53,406 nt of DNA from Octopus sinensis (GCF_006345805.1 NW_021833869.1:1-53406), one strand, 5' to 3'. Shown: positions 37,269-47,905, counted from the stretch's first letter. The notes: generated by a model not told the origin, from the sequence alone. Numbers and translations: made by a program.

Positions 37269-37762
37269 AAGTAGCTGCTGAAGCAAACACTACGATTGCA
37301 GCATCAAACACTACGACTGCGGCACCAAAAACTACGACCGTGGCACCAAAAACTACGACCGTGGCACCAAACACTACGACTGCGGCACCAAACACTACGA
37401 CTGCGGCACCAAACACCACGACTGCGGCACCAAACACCACGACTGCGGCGCCAAACACCACAACTGCATCACCAAACACCACAACTGTGTCACCAAACAC
37501 CACAACCGTGTCACCAAATGTGACGACTGTGTCACCAAATGCGACGACTGTGTCACCAAATGTGACGACTCCAATGTCCACCACTCCAGTTCACACGTCA
37601 ACCCACTCGCCAACCGTTAAACCAGATAAACCTTCAAAATTCCGAGTCGATATTTTCTTTGCTGGAATGGCTGTAGGAATTGGTTTGGTGGTGATTGTGG
37701 TAATTATCTACCATTGTTACCAAGCTAAACGAGGTACCAATGTGCCTTATCGAAACATATAA
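37269..37762 (+). CDS. Sialomucin exon 2: mucin repeats, TM helix and cytoplasmic tail; CD164/endolyn/porimin/visgun (MGC-24)-like
   Basis: In frame with exon 1 (G+AA = Glu); 576-nt CDS, 191 aa; T/P-rich heptads; SKFRVDIFFAGMAVGIGLVVIVVIIY fits the F.xxxF.xG.xxxxG TM pattern of the family (recalled, not aligned); tail HCYQAKRGTNVPYRNI* with terminal YxxPhi. Confidence 0.9.
37283..37576 (+). repeat. Coding 21-bp VNTR, 14 units (P-N-T-T-T-A-A consensus)
   Basis: Direct reading of ccaaacactacgactgcggca-type units. Confidence 0.93.
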
Positions 37763-38051
37763 ATACATAACTCTTCTTATTACTTTTTTTTGTTGTTGTT
37801 TTTTGTTGTTTTTTTTAGTTCTATTTTCCTTTTAATTTCTACTTTTGTTAATGAACAAACACTTGACTAATTTTCTCAATTAACTTAGCGTAATGTTTCA
37901 AATTAGCACTTGAGTGGTTGTATGCATGCATGCATGTATAATACGTTTATACATGCTTGTGTTATATGTATATATATGTACTTATGTGTGAGTGACGTAT
38001 CTGTTTGTATGCACTTATGTGTGTGTGTGTGTGTGTGTGGCTGTATTGTAA

Positions 38052-38057
38052 AATAAA
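38052..38057 (+). promoter_or_regulatory. Candidate polyadenylation signal
   Basis: AATAAA ~290 bp after the stop codon, following a U-rich 3' UTR. Confidence 0.4.
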
Positions 38058-38177
38058 CACTACATTAGGATTAAATACTCAAGGGGAAAACACTAATCTT
38101 CCTTAATCTGTTACAGTTGGTTGTTGTAAGTGTATGTGTTCTGTTTAATCCAACAATATTCTCCAAATGATTGTAAC

Positions 38178-38297
38178 CAAGGCTGTGGAGTCGGAGACAA
38201 TTAAGGGGCAATTTGAGTCAGATAAAATAGACCGCCATCACTTGATTACATAGAGGGGTCAGAGTTGAAGTTTTTATGTTTCGACTCCACATCCCTT
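38178..38297. mobile_element. hAT-type MITE (120 bp)
   Basis: Imperfect 17-bp TIR caaggctgtggagtcgg / tcgactccacatccctt; perfect 8-bp TSD attgtaac (38170-38177, 38298-38305). Confidence 0.8.
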
Positions 38298-38779
38298 ATT
38301 GTAACCATCATTGTTCAACTATTATACCCTAAACTAGATGCTCCTGTATTATTAATATAATAAGCATTTTATGATGGGAGATTATGAAGATGGGAAGCTA
38401 GCAGAATCCTTGACACTTTGGAGAAAATTTGTAGAGTGCAGTTTCTTCTGATTCTTCACGTTCTTAGTGCAAATTCCCCCAAATTTTCTGGCCTTGTTCC
38501 TGTTAAAGAATTTTTTTTCTTAAACCAATCAGAGGGCGGCAGAATTCGTAAGATGTCAGATAAAACCTTGTATTGTTTCTTCGCATTCTGAGTTCAAATC
38601 CCACTGATGGTATGGTTAAGTAACCAGTATTGTTAGTATTAAGGTACTGAAAATTCTGTCTGAAATTTCTTGCAGGCATCTGGCATGACCCCTACTCCCA
38701 ACCTTATATGCACTACAATTTTTGTTTTAAAATGCAAGGGGATTGTTGTTGTTGTTAAGTGGTGGTGGTAGTAGGGTTG

Positions 38780-38813
<34 letters not shown>

Positions 38814-38924
38814 CCCTCTTTCTTTCCTTCTTTTCACATGATAGAAACAAAAAGGTAAAACACAAGTCAGAAACTGGGATGTTATTTAGCCTTCCTTTTT
38901 ACTGACCAATCAGCTGTGCTTTAA

Positions 38925-39147
38925 CCCTTTAGCATTCAAACCGGCCATATCCGGCCCAAAAGTATTCTGCCTGTTTTATGTTCAAACTGGCCAGATCTGG
39001 TCTCTCACACCAGCCCTACAATATCGTTTTAAAAATTAACAGCTACCACATCAAAATCTCAAAGCTACAAGATAATGCATGATTAGTTCAAGGCAAAGTG
39101 GATAAAAAAAGGATTAATTTTGGCAGAATAATGCGAACGCTAAGGGG
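38925..39147. mobile_element. piggyBac-type MITE
   Basis: TTAA on both sides; TIR ccctttagcattc / gaacgctaagggg; inverted copy at 52625-52845. Confidence 0.85.
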
Positions 39148-39517
39148 TTAACCAATTTTTCCTTGTCTTATGTTTTCCTTTCTTCAGACTTCATTCTGCT
39201 CTAGCTCTAAACTTCTTTTTTTTTAATTTCAAATGAATTAGGTTGTGGCCCTCCTTGTTTCCTTTCTGTATATGTGTGTGTGTGTGTAAGAAAGTGATGG
39301 GGGTGGGATATCTTGTTTATCTTTTCTTTTTCTGTCTGTCTGTTTAATTGTGCCATGACGATTGTGACAAGAGAAATTTAATTTCTGTTGGGAAGAAAGA
39401 ACTAGAGGAGTGGTGGGAGGACAGATAAGCATTATTGGTTTATTTTTGTTTTATAATTTGTAAAGAGATTTTGAATGATTTTATTTCTCACATTCTTTCT
39501 GTTTCTCTACTCAGTCT

Positions 39518-39555
<38 letters not shown>

Positions 39556-39715
39556 CTCAACATAGCCACATCTTATTCTGAGTTGAGGTCTGTAAAACTA
39601 CAAAACAAATAAAAGTGGAAAAAAAAAATCTTTTTTGTTGTTGGTACATTTTTTTGTCATTTAATCTGTCTTCTCTCTTTCTTTTTTCTCCACTTAGTCT
39701 GTTATTCATGTAATA

Positions 39716-40168
39716 CAAGGACAAGGGTGAGTCAAAAAGTTATGCATTTTGTTCAGGACAGGTATAATTACCAACAGAGGAACATGTATCATACATTAAA
39801 AATGAAGCGGGTCCTCTGTGGATCTCATCCCTACTTCTCAACATAATCACTGTTTCTCTCAATAGCAATGTTCCACCTTCAAATGAGAGCATGTATCCCT
39901 GCCATGTAAAATTCTATTGACTGTTCTTTGAGCCACTTCTTGACTACAGTTTTCACTTCCTCGTCACTGGACTATCATCTCTTCGGCCCCATGAAAGGGG
40001 GTTTGAGAGGCAATCATCATTCCAGTGACAAGGAAGTGAAAACTGTAATGAAGAAGTAGGGATGGGATCCACAGAGGACCAGCTTTATTTTGATGAATGA
40101 TACACGTTCCTGTGTTGGTAATTATACCTGTCCTAAACAAAATGGCATTACTTTTTGACTCACCTTTG
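39716..40168. mobile_element. Mariner-derived foldback MITE built from two 3' ends
   Basis: TA flanks; ~118-bp inverted arms 39721-39838 / 40052-40168; transposase C-terminal peptides on both strands. Confidence 0.82.
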
Positions 40169-41083
40169 TACAAATGTTATTATCATCGTGGCTGCTGTTC
40201 ATCTGTTGTGAAGCTGTGGGTGAGAGGCAAGTTCTTGTAAGCACCCAGAAGTATGCATTTTAATTTCACCCAGATTTAAGACACCTGTACGGGAGACATG
40301 CAAAAGACACCCAGCACTTTCTGTAAAGTGGTTGGCATTAGGAAGGGCATCCATCCTTAAAAGCCAAGCCAAAACAGATAACTGAAGCCTTGTGCAGTTC
40401 TTCGGCTTACCAGCTCCAGTCAAAGCACTTAACCCAGGGGTTATCAACCATTGTGGATAGTTTTCATATATTAAATTGTGTAGGTTGAACAATGTAAAAT
40501 GTTAGGGGAAGAAACCCAACTGTTTCTTGTAATACATACCAATACATCTGAAGCAGGTGTTCTCAACCATTTTTTCTTATCTATGGATCCCTTTGATTAC
40601 TTGAGAGTGAATTTGGTAGACAGAAACTGAAAGAAGCTTGTCCTATTTATATGTCTCTGTGTTTGTCCCCCACCACAACTTGGCAACTAGCATTAGTGTG
40701 TTTATGTACCCCCCCCCATAAAGAGACTTAAAGAATAAGTACCAGACTTATTGCAGTTGATTCGTTCAACTAAATAAAAATTCAAGATGCTGCCCCAGCA
40801 TGGCCATAGTCAAATGACTGAAACAAGTAAAATATTAAAGATATGATGCTTTTGTGTAATAGCAATGATATTATAAGTCCAAAATGTTGCTTTTTCAAAA
40901 AAACCCCAAAAAATTTCTCACCATTCTATAGCAAAGCATTTGCACTACACTGACAATTTTTATTATCTTGTCAGCTGGAGATACGCTAGTTTGACCAAAA
41001 GAACCAGCTGTTGCATGCAAAAATAAATATTGAAAAAAACACATTTGGATATACGACAATTTAACTTAATAGCAATGATGTAT

Positions 41084-41490
41084 GTTAGTTAGTTAGTTAG
41101 TTAATTTTGGGCTCAAAAAGCAAAAAGCAAGGCCATGTAGGGGGACATGGAGTTATGTACAGGGTGGTGTTCATGTAAAGAGTTCAGGCCACTTGTGGTC
41201 AAGGGAGACTTTGAACCGAGCGGTCAGCGGCATCCTCACCATCTCGTCCGGCAGCTTATTCCATGGATCCGCAACCCGGACGGAGAAGCCCCTCTCCTTC
41301 AATTGAGATGAAATCGTCGCAGATAGAGCTTTTCGGAATGACCCCACAACCAACGCTCTGGAGCAGGAGTGAAGAAAGCTCTTTCGAGAGGTTACACTTT
41401 TGACTTATGATGTTGTGAGCAAGAATGAGATCACCACGGGGTTGTCATTTTCTAGAGAATAAAGGTCGAGCGTCTTCAGCCTTTACCAAC
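41084..41490 (-). mobile_element. CR1-clade LINE 3' end
   Basis: Minus strand LKTLDLYSLE..RGDLILAHNII, GHSEKLYLRRF, FSVRVADPWNKLP, FKVSLDHKW (frameshifted), then a (TAAC)n tail. Confidence 0.8.
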
Positions 41491-41557
41491 ACACACTGTT
41501 GTGAGGGGGGGGGTGCCTGCACCTGTGGTGTTTGTTTTGAGATAACATCTCTTATGG

Positions 41558-41758
41558 CAGTGCTTTTCAAACTTTTTGCTGGAGCGGAACCCCAAGGAAA
41601 CATTCCACTGGCTCGAGGAACCCCTGTGCAATAATTTAATAGTCTTATGCACACATATCTGTACAGGAGAATTAAAAATTACTGCTGATTTTAGCAGTTT
41701 TGTAACTTCTTGCAGAACCCCTAGACTGTACTGGCGGAACCCTGGTTGAAAACCACTG
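41558..41758. mobile_element. hAT (Charlie-type) MITE, inverted copy of 23030-23248
   Basis: cagtgcttttcaa / ttgaaaaccactg; perfect TSD tcttatgg (41550-41557, 41759-41766). Confidence 0.92.
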
Positions 41759-42311
41759 TCTTATGGACTTAATGTTTTAAAAACATAACAAATAAGAGAA
41801 ACAAAAGCTCATGCCAGCAGCAAAGAGCCAGATACATTTTGGACTTTTTTGGGCCTTTTTAAGGGCAGCTCCTCTCAGCCAGTCACATGGTCAGACAAGG
41901 ATTCACCACCTCTGATATAGGTAAAGGTGATTAAAGACTTCACTGATGTTGCAAATAGTTGCTCAACTGGTTAATAATCCGGTATACACAATTGAAGCCG
42001 TATTTAATTAAAATAGCCATCTATATATCATACCTAATGTATATATACTGTTGATAGGACATTAACTGCAGTATTTGTCCTGAGATAACATTGCTTATGG
42101 ATTTTTTGTGTTAAAAGCTCAAATATCAGAGAGAGAGAGAAAAATTCATCCTAGCAGGGACTAGAATCATAAACTTATTGCAGTGCTCAGGTAAACTACA
42201 GCTCAACAAAAAATGCTAAAAGTTGGGACAGAAACTGGCCATGGGCCAAATAAAGATGGTAACGAAAGCTATATGCACAGTACACAGAATAAAACACAAA
42301 AAGAAAGGATA

Positions 42312-42572
42312 AGTGAGTTTGGTAGACGGAAACTGAAAGAAGCCTGTCGTATACATGTATATATATATATATATGTATGTGTTTGTCCCCTCAACATCGC
42401 TTGACAACCAATGCTGGTGTGTTTACGTCCCCGTAACTTAGCGGTTCGGCAAAAGAGACCGATAGAATAAGTACAAGGCTTACAAAGAATAAGTCCTGGG
42501 GTCAATTTGCTCGACTAAAGGCGGTGCTCCAGCATGGCCACAGTCACATGACTGAAACTAGTAAAAGAGAGT
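42312..42572 (+). mobile_element. SINE family A, 5'-truncated
   Basis: Body and tail match consensus. Confidence 0.85.
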
Positions 42573-43805
42573 ATAAACAGTCATAAAGAGGAAAAGAGTG
42601 CTTAGGTATATCAGAAGTGTTGTTGAGTTTTGAAGGATATGGTATCCCCAGCGCTAACAACTGACATGGATACTTTATTTCATGCTGCGACAATTCTGAG
42701 TTTCAGAAAATAAAAATGTTTCTGAAATTTATGGACGCTGTGTTTTTATTATTTTATAAACATACCTATGGACGATAGAGGTATTGAACTCAAAAAGGTG
42801 ATCAAAGTTGTTGGAAACTTGGTGGATAATCTTGTCACCTCCTAGGTATTGAAACTTTGGTGTGTTAATGCCCAAAGAAGAAATACATTCAAGATACAGT
42901 AAGTGACAGACAGAAGGTATTCTTGTTGTACATCTTTTGACAGCTTCCTGTAGATAGATACTCTGAACCAAATGGTAGTTCCAGACTTTGAGATGCAAAT
43001 TGTGTGGACACAGCAAAGCTGTATATAGCTTCCATCCTTTAGAATTCAAAGCAGCCATATCCAGGCCCAAATATTCTACCTCTTTTAGGTTCAAACTGGC
43101 CAAATGCTGCCTCTCGTAGCTGCTGTACAATGCCATTCTAGAAATATACTGTCACATCATTGAACTCTTCAAGCTTCAAGATAATGTATGATTAATTGAA
43201 TATGAATAAAAAAAAGCATGGTTGCTCTTGCGTACAGGTCTATCCCTTACAACCCTCTCCGGATCAGCATCCCTAATCTCGTGGCTTATAAGTGCTGGTG
43301 CCACATAAAAAGCACCTGTGCTGGTGTTGCATAAAAAAAGTACCCAGCACATGCTGTAAAGTGGTTGTTGTTAGAAAGGGCATCGAACCATAGAACCCAT
43401 GCCAAAACCGACATGAAATGTGAACAGCCCTTCAGCTAGTCAGCTTTTGTCAAACCATCCAGCCCATGCCAGCATGGAAACCAAACAATGATGATGATGA
43501 TACATTTACCAGAAAAATCTGAATGCTTAAGGGTTCAATGCATGGCTGGTGAACAGCGAACAAACATCCTCAGTCATTTTGACTCTTTTAGAAATAGTCA
43601 CATGTTTATCATACCCAATGTATATACACAGTAGGCAAGATACTCTGTAATTTTTGTTCCAGATATAATTTCTCATAGATGTGCTTTGTTAAAAAACACT
43701 ATTTATTGGATAGAGATGAAAACTCATCCAGGCAGCAGCTAACAAGAACACCAGGTCATCCAGCAAAGACCATTATTAACAATAATGCCCAAGTTATATT
43801 CACTA

Positions 43806-44140
43806 GACGCAGGAGTGGCTGTGTGGTAAGTAGCTTGTTTACCAACCACATGGTTCCGGGTTCAGTCCCACTGCGTGGCATCTTGGCAAGTGTCTTCTAC
43901 TATAGCCTCGGGCCTATATATATATGTGTTTGTGTGTGTGTGTCTGTGTTTGTCCCCCTAGCATGGCTTGACAACCGATGCTGGTGTGTTTATGTCCCCG
44001 TTACTTAGTGGTTCGGCAAAATTGACCGATAGAATAAGTACTGGGCTTACAAAAGACTAAGTCCCGGGGTCGAGTTGCTCAATTAAAGGCGGTGCTCCAG
44101 CATGGCCGCAGTCAAATGACTGAAACAAGTAAAAGAGTAA
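43806..44140 (+). mobile_element. SINE family A with internal deletion
   Basis: Head and tail intact; jumps from ctcgggcc to the central (TA)(TG) tract. Confidence 0.88.
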
Positions 44141-44911
44141 CAGACTTCTTAAAGCTGCTGTTACTGGTGTGAAGAGAGTTGATAAATTCCAGGGTAAATT
44201 CATCTCAAAATGTTTCTAAGTATATGTGTTTACAGCCAGATTGAGTTGCCTGTCTACAATCCATTGCTGCATTATGTCCTGGTCAGATTACAGGAAAGGT
44301 GTGAAGTACAAGTGGGTGCTAAAAAATTCCTGGCTTTAAAGTTATCATGAAAGGCCTGGTTGGTGGCCCAACCTTCTGAGTTCTTTTACAGGTCTTAGAA
44401 AAACTGAAGGACCGCTGCAATAAGTGTGTGAACCTGAGAGCGAGAATATGTTGAATAAGACCATAATTAACTGATCCTCCTGTATTTTCTTTTACCCAAA
44501 ACCAGGAACTTTCCAGCACCCCTTTGTAAATGCTAAAGGGTTTAAATTTGGTGAGTTTGGAGGCCACAGTTTTGGTGCTACATGATTGTAACCATTGTTT
44601 GATGCTCATTCTTGGGTTACAAAGGTTTTGTGAGAAGGAGCTGAGTCTTGTTGAAACATGTATGGCCTCCTACTGTGCATTTCGTCTACCCAGGGCCCAG
44701 CAACTGACACTAGCACCTCAACACATCCAGCAACATTAATTCTAAGATTTTGAAGAAAGATGAGGTGACATGACATGATCTTTGTTATTCATCATTCCTA
44801 AAACCATCACAGAAGGTGGGATGGTCATGGTTGAAACATTTCTGATCATTGATTGTTTTGAACAATTGTCACAACAGCCACGACACCAAACTATTGGTAT
44901 AAAAACAACTA

Positions 44912-45190
44912 CTTGAACCACTACAGCAAAATAACCCCGCACCACTATACTAACACCACCATCACCACCATGACCGTCACCTCAACTACCACTGCAACCT
45001 CTATTGCCACAACCACCACCACTTCACCATCACACTACAACTACCACCACATTTACCACTATTCCCACCACTACTACCACCACCACACCACCATCCCCAC
45101 ATCAGTCATTACCATCGTCATCATCATTATCATCACATCAACACCAACACCACTACTGCAACAACAACAAAAACAATAACACCCCCACCT
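44912..45190. repeat. Cryptic (CAC/CAT/AAC)n low-complexity tract
   Basis: Direct reading. Confidence 0.8.
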
Positions 45191-45224
45191 CTTCACCAAT
45201 TCTCAATACATGACACATCCTAGC

Positions 45225-45453
45225 GTGGCAAGCTGGCAGAATTGTTAGCACGCTGGGCGAAATGCACTAAGGGGTATTTCATCTGCCTTTATGTTCTGAG
45301 TTCAGATTCCACCGAGGTCAACTTTGCCTTTCAACCTATCGGGGTGGGGGGTAGGGGGGGTCGATTAAATAAGTACCAACTACACACTGTCATTGACTTA
45401 ACCCCTTTGTTAGTCCCCTCTATGTTTACCCCCTTGGGGGCAATAAAGAAATA
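45225..45453 (+). mobile_element. SINE family B
   Basis: Head, central domain and caataaagaaat end. Confidence 0.82.
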
Positions 45454-45722
45454 AATATATGACACTTTCTTTAAGGACCATGAACTGCCTGTCTCTCTCT
45501 GACTCCCTACATGACTCTATGATAGTTCTCAAATTGTTTAACTCCTTCACTGTGAGTTTAGAAACACACAAGATGATGTGTGAATTCGCTTCATACATAC
45601 ATACACAGATTCTCAGACACACACACACACACACACACACTTATGTATAACCATTGCTCCATATATATATCATATATATATATATATATATATACTTTAT
45701 TTAAAACAGCAGAAAATTCAAC

Positions 45723-45770
45723 AAAATCTGTTACTCTGAGTTTCTCGTTGCCGTTCATCAGACAGTTTTT
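45723..45770 (-). ncRNA. Second hammerhead motif on the opposite strand
   Basis: Reverse complement aaaaactgt-CTGATGA-acggcaacga-GAAA-ctcagag-TA-acagatttt; stem II CG-GCAA-CG intact. Confidence 0.62.
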
Positions 45771-45776
45771 GTCAGA

Positions 45777-45824
45777 AAAAACTGTCTGATGAACGGCAAT
45801 GAGAAACTCAGAGTAACAGATTTT
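45777..45824 (+). ncRNA. Minimal type I hammerhead ribozyme motif (dimer-type stem III)
   Basis: aaaaactgt-CTGATGA-acggcaatga-GAAA-ctc-a-gag-TA-acagatttt; stem I ctgt/acag plus A-U extension; stem III ACTC/GAGT; GUA cleavage triplet. Confidence 0.62.
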
Positions 45825-46184
45825 GTTGAATTTTCTGCTGCTTTAAATAAAGCATATTACTCTACCACTGGTATTTGAGTACTCTTTTTTTCCACCTTGT
45901 TTCACATTTATGTGTTTACTCCGGTATATATATATATATATATATACACACACAGACATCTGTATGGTTGTGTATATGCTTGTATGTCTGTCTATATATA
46001 TATATATATGTATGTGTATGTGTGCATGTGTGCGTATATATATAATTAAGAGAAGAAAATGAAGATTTAATGGCTGATAATTAATTTATTAACATTTTGA
46101 TATGTTAATAAATTAATTATGAACCATTAACCCTCCATTTTCTTCGCTTAATTGAATATAGTTTATACGCTTAATTTATATGTA

Positions 46185-47373
46185 CCGTATTTGACGGCAT
46201 ATTAGACGCACTGGCATATTAGATGCACCCTCATTTCAGCAGGTCAAATTCAGGAAAAAAAGTTTTAAGTGTATTTAAGCATATATTGCTGAAAGCAGTC
46301 TAGCAACACATTACAAAAGCAGAAAACATTGCTGTATAAAAGCAAGCATACAAAAGGAAAGCACACAAATTACAATAGTAATCATCTTTAATCATCTTTT
46401 TAACCAGAAAACTCTTCATCATCTTCTACACCAGAAAAGTCTTCTGATATTTTTTCTTCATAATCAGCAGGCATTTTTTGTGCAATGGATGTTTTTGTAC
46501 GCATTGAAACCCTTCCGTTTCATAAACCTGTAACACCAACCTTCTGTTCCTGCAAAGTTCTGTATCCCTCGTTGTTCTGCTACTTTCATGGCCTCATGAA
46601 TTATCATTTTGGTAGATACACCTCTCCCTGAGTTTCTCTCATCAAGCACCCACGTTTTTTATATCATCCTCAAGTTCTGGCCAATGTGGGGCTGGGCAAC
46701 GAAGGTTATGTTTACCTTTCTGTGCTCTCATCAGCTGCTCTTCTTGCTGTCGCCAGACACGTATCATTTTTTCTGTAGGTGGTGGCCCAAAAACCCTTGC
46801 TGCTGCTCTATTTCCATGCTCCTTGGCATAATCTACCACTCGTAGTTTGTAGGAGATTTTGTAGCTTGATCTTTTTGCTGCCATAGCCATGAGGGTGCTT
46901 GTACTGTTGTAGTGTGTTTTGTTATGATCATAAACTTTGTTGTACCAAGATATCCAACCTACCTCTGTATATACACGAACTCGCAACGATCATGTGCATT
47001 CCGTAGTTTTACTCCTCACCGTCAGATGGCATCGAGTTAGGGTTCCGATCAGCTGATATTAGTAAACGTGTGTCATGGATCGCAGCCTAACAATTTACGG
47101 TAGATTGCTTTGATTTTTACGATAATTCGTATTTTAAAGTAATAATACTGGTAATAATAATAATAATAATAGCAATAAAATAATGATGCATGAGTACGGA
47201 AAATATCATTAAGGCGTTAGCGTAGGTAGAAATACTTATCGTAAGCTAGGTTAGTGAGCGTCTGGGAGAAGATTAGCCTACGGGAGGGTCTTGACTTCGC
47301 ATATTAGACGCAGGGCGATTTTTTGAGCCAAATTTTTTGGAAAAAAGTGCGTCCTATATGCCGTCAAATACGG
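46185..47373 (-). mobile_element. Internally deleted pogo-superfamily (Tc2/Kanga/POGK-type) transposon
   Basis: 28-bp TIRs ccgtatttgacggcatattagacgcact / agtgcgtcctatatgccgtcaaatacgg; TA flanks; 1189 bp. Confidence 0.9.
46400..46890 (-). pseudogene. pogo transposase remnant: Brinker-type DBD and CENP-B/Tc5 HTH, DDE domain deleted
   Basis: KRSSYKISYKLRVVDYAKEHGNRAAARVFG..WPELE; frameshift; VSTKMII..FAGTEGWCYRFMKR; MRTKTSIAQKMPADYEEK fused to acidic end SEDFSGVEDDEEFSG*. Confidence 0.85.
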
Positions 47374-47843
47374 TATTTATTTTAGAAAATTTTTTTCCCC
47401 AGAAATATAAGGTATAAAACCAGTCAGTGTAACCTAAAATGTATTCATTCCTTCAAGAAGTCACTATACCCTCACCGTTTGTTTTTACTGTTTTGTTCTT
47501 ACTGTCCTTGTTTTTGTTACAACTTTAACCCTCCGCAAAAATCCTAAATTTCATTTAATTTGCTTTGTGGGAAGAACTGTTTTAACAAAATTGCATCTTG
47601 TCCCAATGTTTGAAACATGGAGTAGATAAAAACAAGGGACAACTGATGAAGGGAATGTTCTTTATGTTGCCTGTCTCATTTCTCTGTTTGTTTCTTTCGC
47701 TATTCGAAAAAAAGTTCATTTTTCCATGTTTTTTTTAATGTTCTTGTTTCTCATTTTGTTCACGTTTTTTTGACGTCCTGTACCCATATATGCATATATA
47801 TGTAGATATGTACATATATGTATGTATATATGCATATATTATA

Positions 47844-47905
<62 letters not shown>

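Larger units (their letters stand above)
45695..45925. mobile_element. Penelope pLTR-like foldback element between (TA)n tracts
   Basis: 76-bp inverted arms (45695-45770 / 45777-45852, 2 mismatches), hammerhead motif in each arm, right arm continues ~70 bp. Confidence 0.65.

Noticed and set aside
37261-37613. Minus-strand ORFs (VVFGAA repeats) and alternative plus frame 37296-37523
   Set aside because: Shadows of the mucin VNTR; only the NTTT frame has a splice acceptor, TM and sorting tail
42948-43136. 5' part of the 42729-43136 minus ORF
   Set aside because: Overlaps a degenerate piggyBac-type MITE (similar to 38925-39147); only the 42766-42947 part is kept as a weak candidate
44913-45213. 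Thr-rich ORFs as a second mucin exon
   Set aside because: Cryptic (CAC/CAT)n tract downstream of the gene's stop and poly(A) signal, with no regular coding repeat, TM or splice support
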